This document shows positions 1-12,361 of a stretch of DNA of 64,000 nucleotides, piece by piece. The notes under the pieces were generated by a model that was given only the letters and a program-made list of their open reading frames with translations, was not told the DNA's origin and searched no databases. The first letter of the stretch is position 1. Each line of letters begins with the position of its first letter. The position numbers and the translations under genes are program-made. This stretch comes from Macrostomum lignano (lineage: Eukaryota): assembly GCA_002269645.1 (NCBI GenBank), contig NIVC01000841.1, positions 248,001 to 312,000 of the forward strand, in the 5' to 3' direction.

Positions 1-2150
1 AACAGATATTTTGGCGCCACTACCGAACAGATATTTTGGCGCCACTACTGAACAGATATTTTAGCGCCATTTACTGAACAGATATTTTAGCGCCACTACT
101 GAACAGATATTTTGGCGCCACTACTGAACAGATATTTTGGCGCCACTACTGAACAGATATTTTGGCGCCACTACCGAACAGATATTTTGGCGCCACTACT
201 GAACAGATATTTTGGCGCCACTACTGAACAGATATTTGGCGCCACTACTGAACAGATATTTGGCGCCACTACTGAACAGATATTTTAGCGCCATTCCTGA
301 ACAGATATTTTGGCGCCACTACTGAACAGATATTTTGGCGCCACTACCGAACAGATATTTTAGCGCCACTACCGAACAGATATTTTGGCGCCACTACCGA
401 ACAGATATTTTGGCGCCACTACCGAACAGATATTTTGGCGCCACTACCGAACAGATATTTTGGCGCCACTACTGAACAGATATTTTAGCGCCATTTACTG
501 AACAGATATTTTAGCGCCACTACTGAACAGATATTTTGGCGCCACTACTGAACAGATATTTTGGCGCCACTACTGAACAGATATTTTGGCGCCACTACCG
601 AACAGATATTTTAGCGCCACTACCGAACAGATATTTTGGCGCCACTACTGAACAGATATTTGGCGCCACTACTGAACAGATATTTTAGCGCCATTCCTGA
701 ACAGATATTTTGGCGCCACTACTGAACAGATATTTGGCGCCACTACTGAACAGATATTTTAGCGCCATTCCTGAACAGATATTTTGGCGCCACTACTGAA
801 CAGATATTTTGGCGCCACTACCGAACAGATATTTTAGCGCCACTACCGAACAGATATTTTGGCGCCACTACCGAACAGATATTTTGGCGCCACTACCGAA
901 CAGATATTTTGGCGCCACTACCGAACAGATATTTTGGCGCCACTACTGAACAGATATTTTAGCGCCATTTACTGAACAGATATTTTAGCGCCACTACTGA
1001 ACAGATATTTTGGCGCCACTACTGAACAGATATTTTGGCGCCACTACTGAACAGATATTTTGGCGCCACTACCGAACAGATATTTTGGCGCCACTACTGA
1101 ACAGATATTTTGGCGCCACTACTGAACAGATATTTGGCGCCACTACTGAACAGATATTTGGCGCCACTACTGAACAGATATTTTAGCGCCATTCCTGAAC
1201 AGATATTTTGGCGCCACTACTGAACAGATATTTTGGCGCCACTACCGAACAGATATTTTAGCGCCACTACCGAACAGATATTTTGGCGCCACTACCGAAC
1301 AGATATTTTGGCGCCACTACCGAACAGATATTTTGGCGCCACTACCGAACAGATATTTTGGCGCCACTACTGAACAGATATTTTAGCGCCATTTACTGAA
1401 CAGATATTTTAGCGCCACTACTGAACAGATATTTTGGCGCCACTACTGAACAGATATTTTGGCGCCACTACTGAACAGATATTTTGGCGCCACTACCGAA
1501 CAGATATTTTGGCGCCACTACTGAACAGATATTTTGGCGCCACTACTGAACAGATATTTGGCGCCACTACTGAACAGATATTTTGGCGCCACTACTGAAC
1601 AGATTTTTAGCGCCATTCCTGAACAGATTGTTAGCGCCACTACTGAACAGATATTTGGCGCCACTACCGAACAGATATTTTGGCGCCACTACCGAACAGA
1701 TATTTTAGCGCCACTACCGAACAGATATTTTGGCGCCACTACCGAACAGATTTTTAGCGCCACTACCGAACAGATATTTTGGCGCCACTACCGAACAGAT
1801 ATTTTGGCGCCACTACTGAACAGATATTTTAGCGCCACTACTGAACAGATATTTTGGCGCCACTACTGAACAGATATTTTGGCGCCACAACCAAATAAAT
1901 ATTTTGGCGCCACTACCGAACAGATATTTTAGCGCCATTCCTGAACAGATATTTTGGCGCCACTACTGAACAGATATTTTAGCGCCATTCCTGAACAGAT
2001 ATTTTGGCGCCACTACTGAACAGATATTTGGCGCCACTACTGAACAGATATTTTAGCGCCATTCCTGAACAGATATTTTGGCGCCACTACTGAACAGATA
2101 TTTTGGCGCCACTACCGAACAGATATTTCGGCGCCACTACTGAGCAGAAA
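1..2150. repeat. 25-bp minisatellite (AACAGATATTTTGGCGCCACTACYG), ~85 copies, intronic in TRPM-like gene; continues beyond window start
   Basis: Unit read directly; 24-26 bp variants; no unique spacers. Confidence 0.97.
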
Positions 2151-2180
2151 TTTAACTTAACCCCAAACACTCATTTACAG

Positions 2181-2612
2181 CTAGCCTACATAATATTCCT
2201 GGGCCTCTATTCCTACACTTTGCTATTTCACTTTCGAGACGAGACTTCCTTTCTGCACCCTCTGGTGTTTGCCTGGCTCTGCTGTGCAACTATTGAAGAC
2301 ATTCGGCAAGCTCTGTGTCAATACGAATCCATTTCTGGCTACCTGTCAAGCATGTGGAACGTTATTGACGTGACTTCAATTGGCATATTCATAATTGGAG
2401 CTCTGGTGTTTATCATTCACTATTCGGAGCCAACAGTCAGTGCTCTGTTCTCCGTGCACAGCGAAGCGGCTCTGCTGCTTCTAATAGACAATATGCGCAG
2501 ATTCTGCAGGATCTGTTTCGCGCTAGTGCTAGCATTGCTGATCGTTAGAACTTTGAGAATATTTTCCATTCACATCAGTTTGGGACCTGTGCTGCTTATG
2601 GTGCAGCAGATG
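2181..2612 (+). CDS. TRPM-like cation channel, exon encoding S1-S4 and S4-S5 linker (gene incomplete at 5' end)
   Basis: Acceptor tttacag at 2180, donor gtgagt at 2613; translation includes WNVIDV and RTLRIFSIHISLGPVLLMVQQM, typical of TRPM S3-S5. Confidence 0.85.
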
Positions 2613-2717
2613 GTGAGTTTTGGGTCTTTGCTTTTTGAGTTTTATGTGTATTTTTCTCCTTCAATTAGGTACCTCATGTCCTTTCAGTATTTCGACTCAG
2701 TACACCAAATTTCTCTA

Positions 2718-3290
2718 ATTTTGGCGCCTCAACTCCTTTTGTTTTGGCATCTCAATTCCCTTTATTTTGGCACCTCAATTCCTTTTATTTTGGCGCCTCA
2801 ATTCCTTTTATTTTTGCGCCTCAATTCCCTTTATTTTGGCGCCTCAATTCCCTTAATTTTGGCGCCTCAATTCCCTTTATTTTGGCGCCTCAATTCCCTT
2901 TATTTTGGCGCCTCAATTCCCTTTATTTTGGCACCTCAATTCCTTTTATTTTGGCGCCTCAAATTCCTTTTTTTTGGAGCCTCAATTCCCTTTATTTTGG
3001 CGCCTCAACTCCTTTTTTTTGGCACCTCAATTCCTTTTATTTTGGCATCTCAATTCCCTTTATTTTGGCGCCTCAATTCCCTTTATTTTCGCACCTCAAT
3101 TCCCTTTATTTTGGCGCCTCAATTCCCTTTATTTTCGCACCTCAATTCCCTTTATTTTGGCGCCTCAAATTCCTTTATTTTGGCGTCTCAATTCCCTTTA
3201 TTGTGGCGCCTCAACTCCCTTTATTTTGGCACCTCAATTCCCTTTATTTTGGCGCCTCAATTCATTTTATTTTGGCGTTTCAACTCTCGT
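2718..3290. repeat. 23-bp minisatellite (ATTTTGGCGCCTCAATTCCCTTT), ~24 copies, intronic
   Basis: GGCGCC recurs at 23-bp spacing (2838, 2861). Confidence 0.95.
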
Positions 3291-3429
3291 ATCGCGTAAT
3301 TTCTCTTCTCATTTGGTCTTTTAGTCTTTTTATTGCCACCAAAAGCATCATTGGCAACTCGGCAGATTCAAAAAGTACAATTAAATCCCGTATTACATGC
3401 GTAAATATTCCAATTTTTCCAACTTTCAG

Positions 3430-3625
3430 ATAGTAAAGGATCTGCTACCATTTATGCTAATACTTTCGATTGTAACTTTCGGCTATGGAGTGGCCATGTG
3501 GAGTGTGCTGTTCCCTCTGACAGATCCGGACCCCGAAACTGCGATTAAATCAATATTTAAAGTTCTTCGAATATCCTATTTTCAAGTGTTCGGCGAACTT
3601 AACCTTGATTTACTGACAGGAGAAG
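3430..3625 (+). CDS. TRPM-like channel exon: S5 and pore helix
   Basis: tttcag acceptor, GAAG/gtttgt donor; IVKDLLPFMLIL...YFQVFGEL; phase 0 to phase 1. Confidence 0.85.
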
Positions 3626-4173
3626 GTTTGTTGCTTTTAGTTAATAAATAAAAGACAAAATAAGCTCTAAATCATGTCGGCCTAAATATTCAGATGTCCA
3701 ACTTTTTTAGCCTGATGTACATTGACTAGCGTCACTGAGAGTATGTACATTGCTGAGGAAAGCAATAAAATGGGGTGTTGGAGGGGGACGAGGGTAGAGA
3801 AGAGTTCGCGTATGGAAGACACGGTCAGAGGGGGGAGTTTGGGGGAGGGTGGTAGGCGATCGATAAATGAGCCAATAGAAATTCAAATAGGACAGAGAGG
3901 AAAGCATCGGTGTACAGTCTAGTTAAAGTCTAAAATTGGGTCATAAAAAGTAATCGTCTGGCAATGTACACACTGTGTTTTTTGGGGTTGACCCTCATAG
4001 AGGTAAATTTTATCTTAATCATATCTGGGGCCTTATGGCATTGACAGATTATAGGTTCTCTTTGTGCCTCAGCTTACTACTAATAGTAGCTAAAAAGATT
4101 TTCTACATCCTTTCGAAGCAAAATCATTTCTACTCGTAAAAACACAAGAAATATATATTTTTTAAATTATCAG

Positions 4174-4306
4174 CTGTCGACTGCCGAGCTCCGAATTCGA
4201 CTAACTGCCCGGATCCTTGGGGCGCTTGGATCGCTCCGGCAATGCTGGGCGTTCACGTCATGCTGTCCAGCTGTTTGCTCATGAACCTGCTCATCGCAAT
4301 GTTCTC
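4174..4306 (+). CDS. TRPM-like channel exon: Cys-containing pore loop and S6
   Basis: ttatcag acceptor, gtgagt donor; VDCRAPNSTNCPDPWGAW...LLMNLLIAMFS; phases match both neighbours. Confidence 0.85.
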
Positions 4307-4506
4307 GTGAGTGAGTTGTTTGCTAGGCCAATTCAGCTCTTTAGGAACTAAAAAACTAAAAAAAACTCGTAAACAATTGAACCTATAAAATCATAAAATC
4401 ATGAACACCTAAACTATGAAAACTCACTCACTAAATAATCAGAAACTCATCAACTTTCTAACTCACGAGTGTAACAAATGCACCCACTGACCCCTCGTTA
4501 AACCAG

Positions 4507-4709
4507 GAGTACATTTCAGCTCATCCAAGGGTCCAGTTGGCAGCACTGGAGTCTACTCCGCTACCAAATTATGAAGGATTTCTCGGGCTACAGTCCCATC
4601 GCTCCGCCGCTAATTATTATATGGCACCTTATTTTGGCAGCTCGCCAGCTGCTGATGCGGTGCAGTCACGCTAAACGGCTGGGATTCAATTCTGTTAACG
4701 ACGCTTTTA
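4507..4709 (+). CDS. TRPM-like channel exon: TRP helix and proline-rich post-TRP segment
   Basis: ccag acceptor, gtgagt donor; STFQLIQGSSWQHWSLLRYQIMKDFSGYSPIAPPLIIIW resembles the TRPM TF..VQ...WKFQRY...PPP pattern. Confidence 0.8.
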
Positions 4710-4765
4710 GTGAGTAAAATTTCTATTTCTAAGATTTAGACTGTAGAAATCGAATCCAGGACCAC

Positions 4766-6170
4766 TGCAGTGTGCCATTCCCCACTGTGCCATTCCCCAG
4801 TGTGCCATTCCCCAGTGTGCCATTCCCCAGTGTGCCATTTCCCACTGTGCCATTCCCCAGTGTGCCATTCCCCACTGTGCCATTTCCCACTGTGCCATTA
4901 CCCAGTGTGCCATTCCCCAGTGTGCCAGTCCCCAGTATGTCATTCCTCAGTGTGCCATTCCCCAGTGTGCCATTCCCCACTGTGCCATTCCTCAGTGTGC
5001 CATTTCCCACTGTGCCATTCCCCAGTGTGCCATTCCCCACTGTGCCATTCCCCACTGTGCCATTTCCCACTGTGCCATTCCCCAGTGTGCCATTCCCCAG
5101 TGTGCCAGTCCCCAGTATGTCATTCCTCAGTGTGCCATTCCCCAGTGTGCCATTCCTCACTGTGCCATTCCCCAGTGTGCCACTCCCCAGTGTGCCATTC
5201 CACAGTGTGCCATTCCCCACTGTGCCATTCCCCAGTGCTATTCCCCTCTGTGCCATTCCCCAGTGTGCCATTCCCCAGTGTGCCATTCCCCACTGTGCCA
5301 TTCCCCAGTGTGCCACTCCCCAGTGTGCCATTCCCCACTGTGCCATTCCCCACTGTGCCATTCCCCACTGTGCCATTCCCCAGTGTGCCATTCCCCAGTG
5401 TGCCAGTCCCCAGTATGTCATTCCTCAGTGTGCCATTCCCCAGTGTGCCATTCCTCACTGTGCCATTCCCCAGTGTGCCATTCCCCACTGTGCCATTCCC
5501 CAGTATGTCATTCCCCAGTGTGCCATTCCCCAGTGTGCCATTCCCCAGTGTGCCAGTCCCCAGTATGTCATTCCCCAGTGTGCCATTCCCCAGTGTGCCA
5601 TTCCCCAGTGTGCCATTCCTCAGTGTGCCATTCCCCAGTGTGCCATTCCTCACTGTGCCATTCCCCACTGTGCCATTCCCCAGTGTGCCACTCCCCAGTG
5701 TGCCATTCCCCACTGTGCCATTCCCCACTGTGCCAGTCCCCAGTGTGCCATTCCTCAGTGTGCCATTCCCCAGTGTGCCACTCCCCAGTGTGCCATTCCC
5801 CACTGTGCTATTCCCCAGTGTGCCAGTCCCCAGTATGTCATTCCCCACTGTGCCATTCCCCAGTGTGCCACTCCCCAGTGTGCCATTCCCCACTGTGCTA
5901 TTCCCCAGTGTGCCAGTCCCCAGTATGTCATTCCCCAGTGTGCCATTCCCCAGTGTGCCACTCCCAGTGTGCCATTCCCCACTGTGCCATTCCTCAGTGT
6001 GCCATTCCCCAGTGTGCCATTCCTCAGTGTGCCATTCCCCAGTGTGCCATTCCCCACTGTGCTATTCCCCAGTGTGCCATTCCTCAGTGTGCCATTCCCC
6101 AGTGTGCCAGTCCCCAGTGTGCCATTCCTCAGTGTGCCATTCCCCAGTGTGCCAGTCCCCAGTGTGCCTG
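4766..6170. repeat. 15-bp minisatellite (TGTGCCATTCCCCAG), ~90 copies, intronic
   Basis: Unit read directly; the CAIPQ/VPFPS/GNGTL ORFs are its translations. Confidence 0.97.
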
Positions 6171-6711
6171 AGCTGCCCATTTTAGCAACCTGTAGCTTAG
6201 TAGATATCTATTTTCGAAGTATCCACACGAAGCATGTCTAATGTCTATTTTTGTCAGCGAAGCCAAAACTGTCGGCATGACTGGGTTGGATGGACTGCAT
6301 CCAGACGCAAGTCCTTTGACTGGAGATTGACACTTTAGCCGGCTTAAAAGATTTTCCCTTTGGGAATAAAAATAGCAGAGACATATGCGAGGTCTAATAG
6401 AAGTTCTCAGGATCACTTTTTTATCCATCTGTCCACGACAGAAAAGAAGACGAAAACAAAAGCGAATACGGCAGCCCTGGATGATATTATAATATTGCAG
6501 CAAAGGAAATGTACTTTTTAGTCTATTTGACGGCCTGACATTAGATTTTCTAATTTACTTTCATGCATAAGGATTATACACATCTATGGTTTGTTTTATT
6601 AATCCGGGCTGCTCGCTGCTATTCACAGATCCAGGGTTTAATCCGCGATGGTTTATGAACTCCAGAGCTTCTTGTGTGTTAAACGACGTTCTCTTACTGC
6701 CAATCCACGAT

Positions 6712-6950
6712 TTCTAACTACCAATCTGCCATCTCTAACTGCCTATCTGTCATCTCTAACTACCAATCTGCCATCTCTAACTGCCAATCTGCCATCTTAA
6801 ACTACCAATCTGCCATCTCCAACTACCAATCTATCATCTCTAACTACTAATCTGCCATCTCTAACTACCAATCTGCCATCTCTAACTACCAATCTGCCAT
6901 CTCTAACTACCAATTGGCCATCTCTAACTACCATTCTGCCATCTCTAACT
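6712..6950. repeat. 21-bp minisatellite (CTCTAACTACCAATCTGCCAT), ~11 copies, abutting the 3' splice site
   Basis: Unit read directly; last unit ends ctaactgcag, the acceptor. Confidence 0.9.
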
Positions 6951-6954
6951 GCAG

Positions 6955-7301
6955 AGACGAGCTACGCAGACGACAGGCAGAAGGAGCGCCAGCTCATGCA
7001 GTGGGAACGAATCCGGGCCCTCGAGTTCCTCCGCAACCTGGAGGAGTCGCCTTCCGGACAGTCGGCCGGGGTGTCCGGGACGGCTGCAGCCTCGGCCGAG
7101 GCCAAGCCGATGGTGCTGCGGGCGGCCGGGGTAAACAAGGAGCTCGAGGCGGTACGCAGCCAGCTGGAGGAGTCCTTCAAGGAGTCCCTGCGCGAGGTGG
7201 ACGGCCGGGTGAGGCGGCTGGACTCGATGGAGGCGCAGCTGGGGCAGCTGAAGGACCTCCTGGAGGGCCTGAGGGACCGCCTGAGCGAGCGGCACATCGA
7301 G
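6955..7301 (+). CDS. TRPM-like channel exon: C-terminal helix and coiled coil
   Basis: Phase-1 join to 4709 gives F-K-TSYADDRQKERQLMQWERIRALEFL; heptad-rich LEAVRSQLEE...LKDLLEGLRDRL; donor GAG/gtgaag is non-optimal. Confidence 0.75.
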
Positions 7302-7309
7302 GTGAAGCG

Positions 7310-7367
7310 CCTGTGTCTGTCTGTCTGTCTGTCTGTATTAGTGTCTACCTGCCTGTCTGTCTGCCTA

Positions 7368-7406
<39 letters not shown>

Positions 7407-7573
7407 TAGTGTCTTAGTGTCTGTCTGTCTGTCTTAGTGTCTGTCTGTCTGTCTGTCTGTGTGTCTATCTGTCTGTCTGTCTGTCTGTCTGTCTTAGTGT
7501 CTTAGTGTCTTAGTGTCTGTCTGTCTGTCTTAGTGTCTGTCTTAGTGTCTTAGTGTCTGTCTGTCTGTCTTAG

Positions 7574-7606
<33 letters not shown>

Positions 7607-7661
7607 TAGTGTCTTAGTGTCTGTCTGTCTGTCTTAGTGTCTGTCTGTCTGTCTGTCTGTG

Positions 7662-7694
<33 letters not shown>

Positions 7695-7765
7695 TAGTGT
7701 CTTAGTGTCTTAGTGTCTGTCTGTCTGTCTTAGTGTCTGTCTTAGTGTCTGTCTTAGTGTCTGTG

Positions 7766-7802
<37 letters not shown>

Positions 7803-7877
7803 TAGTGTCTGTCTGTCTGTATGTCTGTCTGTATGTATGTCTGTCTGTCTGTATGTATGTCTGTCTTAGTGTCTGTG

Positions 7878-7922
<45 letters not shown>

Positions 7923-7997
7923 TAGTGTCTGTCTGTCTGTATGTCTGTCTGTATGTATGTCTGTCTGTCTGTATGTATGTCTGTCTTAGTGTCTGTG

Positions 7998-8042
<45 letters not shown>

Positions 8043-8169
8043 TAGTGTCTGTCTGTCTGTATGTCTGTCTGTATGTATGTCTGTCTGTCTGTATGTATGT
8101 CTGTCTTAGTGTCTGTCTGTCTGTCTTAGTGTCTGTCTGTCTGTCTTAGTGCCTGTCTGTCTGTCTTAG
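7310..8169. repeat. (GTCT)n microsatellite with CTTAG and GTAT variants; left part, split by LTR insertion
   Basis: Direct reading; 120-bp higher-order period at about 7741-8100. Confidence 0.95.
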
Positions 8170-8248
8170 TGTGAAGTTATGAGCCGAGTACGCAAACGAG
8201 ACGAAAGCGCAAATGTGAACGAGCACAGAAAGCGCAAATGCAAGTGCG

Positions 8249-11200
8249 ATGGGCGACCCACAGCGAGGGTCCCAACAAGCAGCAGCCCAACAGTCAAGCA
8301 GAGATACAGCCAACAGAATGAGTATCAACATATCGCCACCGCAGCCGTTTCTGCCAGCCGCTGGAGCAAAGCCGATTGAATGGAACCGATGGAAAGCAAT
8401 GTTCAGCAATTACCTGCTAGCATCGGGAGCTATCGATCTGCCGGAGCAAAGAAAACAAGCGTTGCTCATTCACTGCTTGGGTGCAGAAGGTCAAAGCATC
8501 TACATGTCTCTGCAGGCCTGCCGCAATCAGGAGGAAGGAGAGCATCCGCCAGCAACAGTCGATGACACGCTGAAGCTCCTGGATACGCACTTCGAACCCA
8601 AGGTCAACGTAGTTGCTGAGAGGCACAGATTCCGACAGAGAGCTCAGCGACCGGGTGAGAAGATCAGCGACTTCGTTGCCGCGCTACGAAACCTGGCTTC
8701 GAACTGCGACTTCAAGACCTTCCAGGAGGAGATGCTGCGTGACCAGCTCGTCGATAAAGTGCTCAGCAACCACATCAGGGAGCGACTGCTTATGGAGTCG
8801 GAGCTGACCTTGGCGACAGCAGTGCAGTTGGCGGTGCGACTGGAAACTGGACTGCTGGAGGCCCAGGCCATCAAGGGAGGCAGCCACGCAGACCCAAGCA
8901 GCTCGTGTGGAGTCCCGCAGATCAGCAAGGCCAAGAACAGTGGAGCGGCGGCAAGACAGCACGAGGCACTGAAGCCGGCAACCGACGGCCGGAGTTGCAG
9001 CTACTGTGGCTCAGCAGCGCATTTCGGTGGACAGACCTGCCCAGCGAAGGGGCAGAAGTGCAAGTCCTGCGGTAAGCGTGGGCACTTCGCCAGAGTCTGC
9101 AGGAGCGGCAATCGAGTGCGACAGCTTCAGGATGAGAACTCCATCTGCACTGTGTCGACAGCTGCGGCAGCAAGCAAGCAATGCGAAGTGCTGTTGAACG
9201 AGAGGCCTGTCAAGCTGCTCGTTGACTCCGGTTCGCGAGTCTCCATCATCACCAAGACGACGTACAACAGACTTCTGTCCAACGTGCCCCTGGAGGCGTC
9301 ATCACGGAAGCTGGTCGCTTTTAACGGCAGCAAGATCTGCGTGCTTGGTGACATCCTGACCTCGGTGCAGCTCAAGGACAAGGTAGTGCCTTACGTCAAC
9401 TTTAGCGTGGTCAATACCGGATCTGACATCCTGGGGTGCGACCTCATGGATCAGCTGGGACTGAGGATCGTCACTGCAGACGGTGAGCGAGTGCAGACAG
9501 TCGGCACGAGAGCCCTGCCAGACTGGATCCCAGGCCGATTCGACCTGTTGACTCAGGGACTCGGACACATCAAAGGATTTCAGCACAGGCCGCGAGTCAA
9601 CCCCGCGGTGCAACCGACTGCTCAACCGTTGCGCAGGGTGCCGCTCAGCCTAAGAGATTCGGTTCAAAAGGAGATCGACCAGCTGCTGCAGCAAGGCATC
9701 ATCGAGGAGGTCGACGCCTCAGACTGGGTGCCAAACCTAGTCGTGGTGCCAAAGGCGAACGGATCGATCCGGACCTGCAATGACCTGAGAGGCCCAAACA
9801 AGAGCATCATACCGGACAGATACCCACTTCCGACGTTTGAGGAGCTCTCCACCGAGTTCACCGGGTCGCGATGCTTTTCCAAGTTAGACCTGAATTCATC
9901 TTATCTGCAACTGGATTTGGCCGAGGACTGCAGAAATCTGACGACGTTCGTGACGGAGCGAGGCCTATATCGGTATCGGAGGGTGTGCTTCGCCCTGAGT
10001 AGTGCACCGGCTGCGTTCCAGTAGGTGATGGCTAAGATCCTCAGTGGCATCAAAGGCGCAGTGCACTTTATTGAAAACATCGTTGTTCACGCGGCATCAA
10101 GAGAAGAGCACGACAAGCGCCTGTTCAAGTGCTGCAAACTCTGATGACGTACAACGTGACTATCAATACGGCCAAGTGCACCTGGCGCCAGGACAAGGTC
10201 AACTTCCTAGGCTATGAACTGAGCGCTTCTGGAGTCCGCCCGTTGCAGTCACACATCGAAGCTATCGAGAAGTTACAGCCGCCAACGAACACCAAGGAAG
10301 TGGCTGCGTTTCTAGGCGTCGTGAAGTACTTCGGCAACTTCATTCCCAGACTCTCCAGAACGGCGGAGCCCCGCATGAAACTGCTGAGGAAGGACGAGCC
10401 GTGGAAGTGGACGAGTGAGTGCCAGCAGGCTTTTGAGCAGCTGAAGGCAGGAGTGTGCAAGCCACCTTGCCTCAAGTTTTTTGACGCAGATCAGCCGATC
10501 ATTGTCGGCTGCAACAGCTCAGCATCAGCTCTCGGTGCGATGCTTCTTCAGGAAGACTCCGACGGCCAGTGGCGCCCGATTGCCTTTGCTAGCCAGACTC
10601 TGAGTGCTACGGAGCGCCACTACTCAGCGAGCGAGAGGGAAGCCCTGGCCTGCATCTTCGCCTGCGAGCGTTGGAACTTCTTCTACGGCCGACGGTTCGA
10701 GCTCCACACCGATCACCAGGCTCTCACCACGCTGCTGTCAGCATCTGGGAACGGGCACCGGCCACTCAGACTGCACCGCTGGGCCGATCGTCTGTTGAAC
10801 TACTCCTTCACCGTCAAGTACGTCCCGGGTGCCAAGAACATCGTGCCCGACTTTCTGTCGCGCTGCCAGGACACGGCCGAGCCGACGGAAGGCGATGCAA
10901 CTGATTATCTGGAAGTCCAGAGAGTGCTCCTGGCGGAGGCGCTGACCGTGGTCACCGAGGACGAACTGGCCGAGGCAACTTCAAAATCCGAGCTCCTGGC
11001 CCGAGTCGCTGAGTTCACAGTTGCCGGTTGGCAAGAAATGCAAGAAAAAGCTCAATGAGCGCCTGCTGCCCCTTCTGGAGTGTCAGGAACGAACCGACTG
11101 TCTGGAGCAACGGCAGGTGCTTGGCCATGGGAACTCGCGCCGTTATACCGGAAGAACTGCGTCAGCGAGTGCTCGACTTAGCGCATAAAGGTCACAAGGG

Positions 11201-12039
11201 AGTCAGCAGGACCAAGCATCACTGCCGAGACACCGCGTGATGGCGCAAAATGGAAAGCGACATCGAGAGGTTCGTCAGCAGCTGTTCTGCGTGCATCCTC
11301 AGTGAAGAGCTTCAAGCCGCATCGGGCAGTGCTGACCCCGACCGAGTGGCCCAAGGAACCCTGGACAGAATTGCAGATCGACTTGTTTGGAGAGCTGCAC
11401 GAGGGTGCACCACAGAACTGCCGCTTCATACTCGGTGTACACGACCTGCATTCAAAGTGGCTGCAGTGCAGTCTGATGGAAGCGGTGCAGTCCATCTTGT
11501 GGGCGCACCGATCGACACCGCACGCGCTAACCGGCATGACGCCAGTGGAGCTAATGCTTAATGGTCGCAAGATCACCTCGCCGCTGTGGACGCTGCAGCC
11601 GAGGCGAGCGACTCGAGAACACCCACTGGCCGATCAGATCCAGGAGCGGCGAAGACGGCAATTCAACCGGCTCAACAGATCCCGGCAGCCTCCGCGCCGA
11701 TTCCGGGTCGGCGACCTGGTGCAAGTGCGGTCTCCGCGGATGCGAGGCAAGCTGCAGAGCCACGTGTCACCACCTCTGCGAGTCAGCGACATCATCAGCC
11801 CGACGATCGTCTGGTTAGAGGATGACTCAAGGTGGCACACCAGCGTCTGTATGCCTCATGCGGAGCCCGAGGGTGCCAGAACGACTTCGGCAACGGCAAT
11901 GCCGCCACAGCCGCCAGTGGCTGCGGAGCCGGCAGCGCCAGAAGGCCCGACGGACCCGCCGCCGGCGACCGCTGTACTGCGGCGCAGTATACGACTGCGG
12001 GCACCGCCGTTGTGGTACGGCCAGGTCGTGACGCACTGA
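8249..12039 (+). pseudogene. Gypsy element 1 gag-pol (gag with CCHC knuckle, protease, RT, RNase H, integrase), disrupted
   Basis: CKSCGKRGHFARVC, LLVDSGS, RCFSKLDL, IAFAS, FELHTDH, AHKGHKG; stops at 10022, 11056 and 11238, frameshift near 10130, integrase core missing. Confidence 0.92.
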
Positions 12040-12070
12040 TTGGCAGCTGTGATGGGAATTAGTGACTGTT

Positions 12071-12190
12071 AAGGAGGAGGGTGAATGTTGTAAAGTGAGT
12101 TTACTCACTGGTTCGTTCGGCTAGTTAGTAAGGGAATGCGATGTACTTGCGTACTCTGATTTTATATGTACATGCGTTCCTGATTAGATA
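12071..12190 (+). mobile_element. Polypurine tract and start of the 3' LTR of Gypsy element 1
   Basis: AAGGAGGAGGGTGAA at 12071-12085 directly followed by TGTTGTAAAG; right boundary uncertain; no matching 5' LTR found. Confidence 0.6.
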
Positions 12191-12330
12191 TAAATTTCTG
12201 ATCGAACAGTGCAAGTTCAAAGAAAATCGGTTGAGCCGTTTTTGCTAAAATCGATCACATACCTAGATACCGACAGACCATTTTTAGTAAATGGAAGTAA
12301 CTCCACCCTTCGTGGAAGGGTTTGAATTTG
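12190..12330. mobile_element. Helitron/Helentron-like non-autonomous fragment at the junction of the two Gypsy elements
   Basis: ~45-bp core (aaatttctgatcgaacagtgcaagt...gaaaatcggtt) shared with ~51917-51963; hairpin ACCCTTC-gtg-GAAGGGT at 12305-12321; family assignment is inference. Confidence 0.4.
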
Positions 12331-12361
12331 TTTTCTGGACTAAACCGGACTGGAACGGCGC

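Noticed and set aside
1-2150. CRISPR-like array
   Set aside because: Units are contiguous with no unique spacers, and the context is a eukaryotic intron
2613-3433. Continuation of the 398-aa ORF and overlapping LAPQF-repeat ORFs
   Set aside because: Read-through into the 23-bp intronic minisatellite past a consensus donor at 2613
4707-6241. Long ORFs with GNGTL, CAIPQ, VPFPS or WGMAH pentapeptide repeats (antifreeze- or adhesin-like)
   Set aside because: All are translations of a 15-bp intronic minisatellite skipped by the in-phase TRPM splice
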